Source: Eledone cirrhosa (Eukaryota). Taken from it: a stretch of 64,000 nt of DNA. Location: the NCBI GenBank assembly GCA_964016885.1, contig OZ024742.1, forward strand, positions 175,150,001 to 175,214,000, written 5' to 3'. This document shows, piece by piece, positions 54,290 through 64,000 of this stretch. Each line of letters starts with the position of its first letter. The first letter of the stretch is position 1. The position numbers and the translations under genes are program-made. The notes beneath the pieces were generated by a model. The model was not told where the DNA came from, made no database searches, and worked only from the letters and a program-made list of their open reading frames with translations.

Positions 54290-55860
54290 CTTAGAAATAA
54301 CGAGTAATGGTAGGCTATTCATTGTCATACATAGGTATGCAGTTATGAGTCTGCCTGTATGCACGGATACATAAGCAAAATTATATAGTATAGATATATA
54401 TACAACTGAGTATAAAGTTTGGTTGTTCTTAATTACCACATTATGATTTATATCATTAGTATACTGTTGACTTGTACTATCCATTAGGATACAATGTTTT
54501 GCTGTAATATAGGTAGGTATATAAAATATATCTGTTAGCACAAAGGATTTCCAAGGCTTCAGAAGCACAAAGATCACAAAAACTTTTAATACTGTAATAG
54601 GGTCTAACTTTAACTAGTATCTCCCTATATTGGATGTTTAAATGCTTCGATCTTAAATGCTTCGTGAATCTACTGGCTGTTAACCATATGTAAGCCTTAT
54701 TAGTTGTAGGTGTATCACCCTAAATATTTATACACCATATTACTTGATAGGCATTTCCATGCTAAAAAACATTAGTTCCTATCAGTCCCTGCAACTGCAT
54801 TGAGAACTAAGTTTGGGGTTATATTTCTATGGTTAAATAATATTGTGTGCGAGGTTAGGAATTGTGGAATAATATATTTTAACAGGGTTTCTATTGAATG
54901 TCTTATGATTTGTTTCATACTAAGAAGAAATGATTCTTTATTAATGTAAGAACAGTTTTATCTATTGGTGTGGCCACTTATATATTACATAGTAGGTGAT
55001 ACCATGTAATGCACCTAGATTTATTTTCCTACTTTTGGGCTCATACTTAGTTTATTCTACATTATCTAGACATTCGTCGTGAGCCAGAGTTTTATTGTAT
55101 TATGCAGAATGGTCAGTGAAAATTTGCTTGTTAGCTGATAAATGGAAATGTCTCAATAAAACTTTAACCGCGGGACCAAGTTTTTAGTTATGCTGGTGGT
55201 GAGAATTTGTTTAATGTAGTATAATGTGTCATTGGGCTTTCTATATGGGTAGTAAATGTTGTTTGGAATATTGAATGTCATATCAAGAAAATTTACCATG
55301 GATATGTTAACATCCATTTGAATGAAAAGAGTGAGGTGCTGAAAGAATGGTAGTTGTTGATGGTGATATTTAATAGACTCATAGTAGTCTTCTGAAGACT
55401 ACTATGAGTCTATTAAATATGTTCCCTTGTGGTTGTTTAGATGATATACACAAGTTCTGACTAGGTCCAAAAATCACCATCAACAACTACCATTCTTTCA
55501 GCACCTCACCACTCACCAAAACACTTATGGAGATTAGGAATTTTGAAGTTGGTGTCATTTTAAATGCTCATAAGTTTGTGATAAACATTGATATCTCTAT
55601 TTAGTTAAAGAAATCAAATAATACCCCCTTTGATTTGAGCATGGGAGCTAGCAATTACGCAGACGCCACAGACCTTATTGGTCTATTTTTACTATTCCCA
55701 ATCAAGGATCAATTCCCTAATGTAGGTGGAGGTCTGTACCGTGATAATGGTCTTCTGACTATGACTAATTACAGACCCTGAGGTATTGATAGATTTAGAA
55801 AGTAGCTCATTGCATTATGTAAAGGTTTCACTCTTTTCATTCAAATGGAGGTTAACATAT
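54290..55860 (-). mobile_element. Rearranged decayed Naiad-type PLE (RT thumb and GIY-YIG on minus, RT core inverted on plus at 55430-55860)
   Basis: Plus strand: FDLSMGASNYADATDLIG...GGLYRDNGL. Minus strand: VNFLDMTF...YYPYRKPND, QCSCR, KCLSSNMVYK, PYYSIKSFCDLCASE. Confidence 0.8.
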
Positions 55861-55906
55861 ATGTGTCTGTGCGTGTGTGTGTGTGTGCGTGCGTGCATGC
55901 GTGTGT

Positions 55907-56322
55907 GTGTTGAACAATGGAAACAAAAGGCAAACTTAAGGGATTAATTAATTCATTGTTTTATGATCGTTTGAGAAGGTGGATTAACCATGATAAATCG
56001 TTACAGTCACTAATTGATAGTAGTTATGCATTGTTTCTGATGAAGATGGTGAGCTAGATCTGTGATATCAAGACTAATAATAAGGAGTTACATAACTATT
56101 ATCTTGATTGATTAGCCTTCTGAAACGATCATAAAACAATGAACTAATTAAGCTCTTAAGTTTGTCATTTTTTTGTTCATTGTTCAACGCATATATACGA
56201 CTTTGTAGCTTGTTTGAGTGCTCAACAAAATCCAATATGATGAAATCCTACTACAAAATTCCTTACGACATTGGGTTCTAACAATGTTGTTGGCCCTACT
56301 ATAGATAGGTAAAGACCAATGT
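55907..56322 (+). mobile_element. Non-coding HHR element with partial inverted arm (55907-55980 vs 56115-56190)
   Basis: HHR 56029-56141 reads cattgttt-CTGATGA-agatgg...ccttct-GAAA-cgatca-TA-aaacaatg, with an 8-bp stem I and long stem II. Confidence 0.8.
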
Positions 56323-56471
56323 ATATACATATATATTTATCATCAACACCGTCACTGTTTAACGTCCATTTTTCATGATACAGTTGTTAAACAATGATGC
56401 GGATGATAATATATATATAATAAGGAATAACTGCTTTATGTAATTACGGCATCTTTCTTAATGTTATTCTT

Positions 56472-56553
<82 letters not shown>

Positions 56554-57316
56554 TGATATTACCTGTCTCTCTCTCTATATATATAAAGAAAACTAAATGG
56601 CAAAGAAACAACAACAACAACAGTCAATGAAGTGGTGAATTATACAGTTTATTAAAAATCTTGCGAAATAATTATAGTTTTATATTATTTGTATTACTTA
56701 TAAATTGGAGTCTGTCATATTTCCGTCAGTTGCTGGTCACGAACGTTTGTAATGTGTCAAATACTACAGCCACATTTCAAGATGCTGACACTTCAAGCAT
56801 GGAAAAATGTTGTTTGTAATTTGTAAATATGTTCAATTAAGTTGAGGTTGGCAAGAAAATGAGGAAAATATCTGTCGATTTGATAGAATTTACGTCTTAA
56901 TCTTCAATAATAAAAGAAACAGTTTTAATTGCTCTAGACACTCTTTTCAGTGTGTATGGTAAGGTGTCCTTTGAAAATACGATACATTTAATTCTATGGA
57001 TGGTGGCCAATATATTTCAGTGTGAGCACTATCATTGTTGATGATGATGGCTGTGATGGTGTTGATGGTCATGGTGATGATGATGGCGGGTGATGATCAT
57101 AGGGATGAAGATACTGATGGTAAATATGCTGGTAGTGGTTATGATGAAGATGATGATGAGACATAGGAGGAGGAGGACATTGTTAATGGTGATGATGAGG
57201 GTGATGATGGTGATCATGTTGATATTTTCATTATATATTCCACTAGGCCCCATTTGTTCATACAAAAATAGTCACAATGGGGTTACATGTGTGTGTGTGT
57301 ATATATATATATATAT

Positions 57317-57636
57317 CATCATCATCATCGTCCATCTTCCTCTAGCATGGGTTGGACGGGTTTGTCCCACTTGAGGCAAGATTGGTCGGGTGACCGTGTC
57401 TCGCTCTTATAGATTTTCTATGTCTGGATGCCCTTCCCAATTTCAAACATATTTATAGTGTAGACTGGGAGCTTTTTTTACCATGTCTCCTACATGACCA
57501 CTTTACAGTGTGGATTGGATATATCCTTATCATAATCATCGTTTAACGTCTATCTTACATGCTACCATGGGTTAGTTGAGTTTGTTCCATTTGAGGCAAG
57601 TTGGGTCGGGTGATAGTGTCTCACTCATATAGGACT

Positions 57637-57640
<4 letters not shown>
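57317..57640 (-). mobile_element. Two decayed copies of the RTE-3'-related retroposon
   Basis: catcatc...gcatgggttggacggg...cacttgaggcaag...ctggatgcccttcc, as at 12691-12910. Confidence 0.7.
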
Positions 57641-57685
<45 letters not shown>

Positions 57686-57688
<3 letters not shown>

Positions 57689-59168
57689 CACTCCCTCCCA
57701 CCCATAATTGCCTCACAAATGTTACCTTTTCCTCAATTTTACTGTCTGAAGAAATTACAATATCTATCATCAAAAATACTCTAGCATCTACAACTTCGCA
57801 TTTGCCTCTTTAAAAATATACTCTGTCATCCTTCTTTTAAAGAAGTAATATGATGTCAAGTGCTTTAAGTGAATTGTATCCTTGTATACCGAATGTATTT
57901 AGCTCCCCTTGTTGAGTGCTTTTGATACAATCTAATCTGATGAAGTAAAGCAAACTACACTCAGTAATACACCAAGTTCTGGACAACCCTAGCGGTTGAC
58001 GGAAATTTACTATGAAACAACTTTTGACCAGTTTGATGAGAGAACTAAAAGTAACAACTACCTCTTATTTCCCATGCAACACCTTTATCTCGAACCAAAG
58101 CCTGGATAGGATATCTTATGCCGAGTCCCATCCTGCCTCATATAGCCATGGACAACCTGTGAAATTCACCCAGCTGCAACTGCACTGACCAAAATACCGA
58201 AGCACTGTGAATAGAACTGACTGACTCTCTATAACTCGCCCCCACTTACACATTTATCCCATATTTTTTCTTCATTTTCTGTATACCTCCTTTTTTCTTT
58301 ATATATATGTTTTCCTTTATTTTCTTTATAATTCCTTTTTCCCAGTCATCCTTACTCCTTTGTACCATTTCTTATATTTTCCTTAAATCTTCATTATCAA
58401 TGTATCATTTGTCTCTACCAGATTGACCGTGATACCAACTATATGATTATCTAATTTTTACATTCGATACTTTAAAAAATTTTGCCTGTCATTCTCAATA
58501 AGAGGTCAGTTTTTTCCAGTGGGGAGTCATAACAAATTAATATCCAATTCTGAACCCAATCCCTATACAAATATACACTTTAGCGAGTTAGATATTATTC
58601 TTAGTATATTAACTGTTGTCTAATTTTCTGGACTTCTAACTTTTAACGTTTGAAATTTAGAAATGTTTGGATTTTGAGTTGTGAAATCTTAAATATTTTC
58701 CATGATTAGTTATATTAACCATAGCATTAGGTAAATTTCTCACTTTGGAGTTGATGACCGGTATATTATACCACCATAAATGGGTGGTGGGTATGTATGC
58801 GCTGAAATTCTGCTGGACACCAAAGTTAGCAGTAAATAAATTTGGCTAAATTGAATTCCCACTGACCGTATAGTGTTGTTGGCTGAGGTGGTAGGGGACT
58901 AGTAGCTAAAGAGAAAAAATAAGGTTAGTAGTATTCTGGGCGGTAGTTGAGTGGTCAGCCACCCATATCTCTGCAACTGCGCAGAGCTGTTGGAGGTTCT
59001 GAAAGTTAGAAGGGAGCGGATATATGGATATATGTATAACGGCTCAATTAATAAAAGATTCTAACATCTACAAATTCACATTTTCCTCTTTATAAATATA
59101 CTCCATCATCCTTGTTTTAAAGAAGTAATATAAGTGCCCGAAGTGAATTGCATCCTTGAATACCAAAT
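57686..59168 (+). mobile_element. Non-coding element in (TA)n with ~120-bp direct repeats and a degenerate HHR-like motif
   Basis: 57780-57896 resembles 59060-59168. CTGATGA-agtaaa...tttact-at-GAAAc at 57937-58018, with stems I and III not evident. Confidence 0.55.
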
Positions 59169-59939
59169 ATATATATATATATATATATATAAAATTTCAA
59201 GTTATAAATAATGTAGTGATAATATATCGTCACGTTAGAGATTAACAGCGTACGTGTAGGTTTGCTCAACCAGTATAAATTATATTCCGGAGAAAATGTA
59301 GAAAAGATGAATATAAAATGAAAGTGCTTTTATAAAGGAATTTATTAGGTATTGACATATGTTTCTGTAACAGACGGAATACCTATGTATCGCTGCTTGC
59401 GTAATCATATAATGTTAGCAAGTATTCGATAGCAAATATATAATCAGTTGTCACTTCTTCAGAGATATTGGATAAATTGGAAAAAATCAGAAAAATTGAA
59501 GTATTTATATTAGTTGTAAGAAAGGAAGAAGAGAGGGGATAGTATATGACAGATGGCAATTCAATGTACTGGTAAACAAGTATATAGAAGGTTTCTAATG
59601 AGAATACAATGAGTATATGGCTTATTTTATCTAAATAAGAATTTTTGGGAGTGCCTATTTTAATCTATACTTGCCCAATTGAACAATGGACAGGGCTGGT
59701 CGTTTGGTGTAGTAGTATTAATAGATATAAAGTGTCAATTAAGGAAGAGGGAGATTTTCACTGCTACTGTATAACAACAATGCTGGTAGCCTGCTGGTAT
59801 ATGGAATTGAATTAAGAAATCTCATTTTATCTATAGCAGTTTATATTAAATGGTAAATAATAGAAGAGTTGATAGAATTAAGACTAATAGAGAACGTTAA
59901 TATGTATTTTGACAATCAAACGGAGATGGAGACAGGCGT

Positions 59940-62260
59940 TCAATCCTGGTAGCGTTTGTAATATGAAAATGTAGATTTTAAGCGATGGTTACAGTATAAC
60001 GATCGCTCTATTCTGTTATTTAATAAAATATTTTTGGATTTCATAATACAAAATAATTCCATATTACACAAGTTTCAAAATTCCTGTCCTTGGTATTATG
60101 CAGGGGCAGCCGATGCTATTATATCCCATTTTAGGTTAAATTGTGGTTATTTTCGCGCAGCTGCCAAGCCTTGTCTGCGAGTGTTGTTACATAACGCTGG
60201 TTTTCATGTTTTATCGAGTAACGATATCTATAAAGGAGTGATTTGAAGGAGGTAGCTGTAGACCCCACATAGTACCACTTCTGGCTACCCGATTCGATAG
60301 TACATTTGTATATGATGTTGCGTTCAAGACACTGATTGTTCAACGGATACATTCCTGGTTGGACACAGTTACAGTTATAATTTTGCGTTGTTGTATTGGC
60401 ATGGATGGGTTGACGAGGTTGCTTAGGCAGGACGGGATGTTGTTTGTTGTTTTGTGATGTTATAGCCGATGTTTTACGTGTATTGTTATGTGTTGGAAGG
60501 CGTTTATACAACCGTTTTGTGTTCAGCTTTTTTATATGTTGTTCAATATCAGGGACGGTTGAATATGAAAGTCGAATAGTGTTAGGGTTTAACATTTTAT
60601 TATATTTATGTGATGTTGGAAAGTGTTTTTTAACTAATCGAAAGAATTGTGAGGGTAGATTGGTTTTAATAGAGTTGTTATAGACCGGGTTGTACCATAT
60701 ATACTCTTTACATCGCCTTCTGTTTGGTGGTGTGCGCCTATTAGTGTGTCTATTGCGGTAGTGTATGTATGGTGGTGATTCTATGCTATTTCTACCTCTA
60801 TGAGATTTATTTTGGGTGTTTTGGTGATCGTCGACTATATACTCTATATTATCTAGGCTTCCAGTCTTCCTAAGTGCATCATCATAATATTCGGCATGTT
60901 CTTTGAAGGTTTGCTGGTTGGACGACAGGCGGGAGATTCTAAGGGAAATATTTCTAGGGATGGATTTAATTATAGAGGGTGTATGGTTAGAACCCGTATT
61001 TACATATTTAAGGTTCTCATTTAGTTTATGGAACGGTTTAATTGTTTCTGTATTGAGATTCAAAGTAACATCAAGGAAATTAACCTCTTTGAGGTTATAT
61101 TCAAACGTAATATTTAATCCTAGTTCCTTAAAAAGCTTTCTAATATTTTTACGCATCCTTTCTAAATTCTGGTTATTCATATGCTTAACTAATAGGAGCG
61201 CATCGTCACGGTAGAGTCCACCGTGGAGATCCTTGAATTTTCCTTGTAGTCTGTGGGTGATATAAATTCCCACAAGATCAGTTACTTCCGCCGAATCATT
61301 GGAACCCATAGTTATATCAAAATTAGAAGGTCTATCTTTGCGAACCCAGTAGCTATCATCACATTTAACAATAGTTTTCCTCGCTTCCATAATAATACTA
61401 ATTTCATCATCCGTAAGGTCGGAATTAGCCTTAGCGAACGAAAGAGCTTCATGCAGAGTATCAGGTGAAATTGAGGAATAATCCTCATCAAAATCGAACT
61501 GAATAAATTTTGATTTCTTCTTATCAGTAATGCTATTAAACCATCTTATTGCCTCATGGGTGTTACCCCATAGTTTAATATCTACTTTAGCCTTAACTTG
61601 GGGGATAATTCTGTCTAGTATATATTTGCTAATTTTGCCTGTATCAGATTTAGAGGTACATATAAGTCTAATTTTAGGGTCAGTATCGAAGTTTACCATG
61701 TGGTCCTTCAGTTTGAAGGATGGTGTAGCTGGTGTTAAGGGTTGCGTTCTATCGTCAATACAAAGTTTTTTAACAATTTCTTATGCCAAGTTATTGATAT
61801 TTTTAAGTGTAGCTTCATTAGTTTTCTTGTATTTTTTATGCAATTCCTTACGGATGAAGTTATTGTAAGTGTCCACATCCATGGTATATACGTTTGATGT
61901 TTTGTCTGCTCTAACAATAATTCCATTGGCGTTTTTTAGATTATTGAGCAGTGCCGTGATGTCATTCTGTAGTTTATTGTTTTTCTGTTTTGTAAATTTG
62001 ATCTCCATGATCATATCCATTAGCTCTTGTTCAAATGCATCCAAAAGTGGGTTTGAGGGTGGGTTTTTGTAAGATTTAAATCCAAATTTATCCTTGTTAA
62101 GATCCGATGTTTGGTTTATACGGCTTTTGTCAAAATGGAATGTTTTCCATCTGATTCGTCGAATAAAATCATTGGTCCTTCGTATCATACCTAGAATATA
62201 TTCCTTTTTTTGCCTGAAAGGTATGTTTTTTAACGACATATCCAATTGGTGCCTTTCCAT
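59940..62260 (-). pseudogene. Naiad PLE ORF: reverse transcriptase + C-terminal GIY-YIG endonuclease
   Basis: SLKNIP...RRIRWK, ADKTSN, LKDH, FIQFD, FDITMGSNDSAE, GLYRDD, VNFLDVTL, SNH, CNC..C..IIY, YYVGST. One in-frame TAA at 61781, a frameshift near 60135, then TAA and TGA in the terminal frame KWDII...F*NLCNME...LLNNR...CNH. Confidence 0.92.
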
Positions 62261-62789
62261 TTTAGAGACGTATGCTGAATTAGTTGCTCAACTCTATAGG
62301 ACATTATTAAAATTTCAAGTTATCAATAATGTAGTGATAATATATCGTCACGTTAGAGATGAACAGCGTCTTAATTTTATCAACTCTTCTATTCTTTACC
62401 ATTTAATATAAACTGCTATAGATAAACTGAGATTTCTTAATTAAATTCCCTAATGCATATACCAGCAGGCTACCGGCATTGTTGTTATACAGTAGCAGTG
62501 AAAACTCCCTCTTCCTTAATTGACACTTTATATCTATTAATACTACTACACCAAACGACCAGCCCTGTCCATTGATCAATTGGTCAATTATAGATTAAAA
62601 TAGGCACTCCCAAAAATTCTTATTTAGATAAAATAAGCCATATACTCATTGTATTCTCATTAGAAACTTTCTATATACTTGTTTACCAGTACATTGAATT
62701 GCCATCTGTCATATACTACCCCCTCTCTTCTTCCTTTCTTACAACTAATATAAATACTTCAATTTTTCTGATTTTTTCCAATTTATCCA

Positions 62790-62910
62790 ATATCTCTGAA
62801 GAAGTGACAACTGATTATACATTTGCTATCGAATACTTGCTAACATTATATGATTACGCAAGCACCGATACATAGGTATTCCGTCTGTTACAGAAACATA
62901 TGTCAATACC
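62790..62910 (+). ncRNA. Hammerhead motif with ~90-nt stem II in Naiad pLTR (mirror 59348-59468, minus)
   Basis: CTGAAGA-a-GTGACA...TGTTAC-a-GAAA-CATATG-TC with palindromic ACATATGT and GUC triplet; stem I is weak. Confidence 0.7.
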
Positions 62911-62949
62911 TAATAAATTTCTTTATAAAAGCACTTTCATTTTATATTC

Positions 62950-63007
<58 letters not shown>

Positions 63008-64000
63008 CACATATATATAAAACACGCAGGTAAAAAATATTACATAATATATTAAGATATGCTATGTGTATCTTAGTCTTTTAATAAGTATACAATATCC
63101 CCGTGTGTTGTATAATGTGATTAAAAGAAATGGCATGATGGACATCTGCTTGTAAATTATTGACTCAAAACCTCTTGTCCATTCCATAAGAGTATAGAAA
63201 AGAAGATATATAATGATGATGATATTAAAAATAGGTAATTATAAACATAAATTACACAAAATAAATACATAAATATACACACATATATGAATAAAAACAA
63301 ATAAAGTCAACACCCCCACACACAGGTGTGGAAGTGCCACATAGATTGGATAAAAAGCTTTTCACAATATTAATTCTTAAACGAACCCAAACACAAAGAT
63401 GAGAAGGTGGCACTCGGGTGAGTGGGTGTCATTAAACACCTTACAATACTGATAGTTTACCCCACCCACCCCAAACACACAGGTGAGAAGGTCATAGATT
63501 AGATAAGAACACCTCACAATAGTCAAGTGAGGTGTCACATGGATTGGTAAAGAGAAAAAATTCGAAGAATCTCAAAATATATATATAAACAATACAATTA
63601 GAAAAAACATAAAGAGAAAACTTTTGACACCAATTCCAACATAAGAGTTCTGAGGCCATTTTTTATGTGTAAACATTGAATTTATTTGTAGGATAATGGT
63701 AGAAGCTGTCATTTGTTTGTTCCACATGTCAAAATAGAAGTTTATTGAGAGACAGAATCTGGTGTAAAAATAAATCAAGCTCAGAATTCTAGTCTTCTTT
63801 TATTCTTTCTCTGGTGTTATTCATTGAATTGTGGTCATGTTGGAGCATTGTATTCAAAGGTTTTAACTGAAAATCCTTATTTCTGCCTGGTATTTAATTT
63901 ATCAAGCATGATAAAATGTATCAAGTACACTCTGTAAAGTGGTAGTACTGGGGCCACAACAAAATGAGCACAATACACACTGTAAAGTGATTGGTGATAA

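Larger units (their letters stand above)
59191..62957 (-). mobile_element. Essentially complete Naiad-type Penelope-like retroelement with 5' inverted pLTR, in (TA)n
   Basis: RT plus GIY-YIG ORF. 59302-59885 is inverted at 62368-62957. The 3' tail 59191-59251 directly repeats 62309-62369 just upstream of the ATG. Confidence 0.92.

Overview
Very AT-rich, microsatellite-dense eukaryotic DNA with no host protein-coding exon that I can support. The mix of tRNA-derived SINEs, RTE LINEs with (GAT)n tails and long (TA)n/(CA)n tracts suggests a mollusc, probably an octopus (inference). The window is almost all transposable elements and simple repeats. It holds a near full-length decayed RTE LINE (12.7-16.9 kb), a Naiad-type Penelope-like element (PLE, 59.2-63.0 kb) and further PLE RT/GIY-YIG fragments. 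It also holds a Helitron Rep/helicase pseudogene with non-autonomous Helitrons, an R4/Dong-like fragment, a DD37D maT transposon, piggyBac and hAT MITEs, SINEs and several mini/microsatellites. The most striking signal is a recurring architecture: fold-back (inverted-arm) elements sitting in (TA)n tracts whose arms carry type I hammerhead ribozyme (HHR) motifs. About ten loci from several unrelated sequence families carry these motifs, most as fold-backs and several non-coding, and include U3:A8 and possible U4A core variants. An in-frame TGA at a conserved Cys of the Naiad endonuclease C-terminus hints at selenocysteine coding. Most ORFs in the supplied track are artefacts of simple repeats. 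All alignments, folds and copy counts were done by eye.
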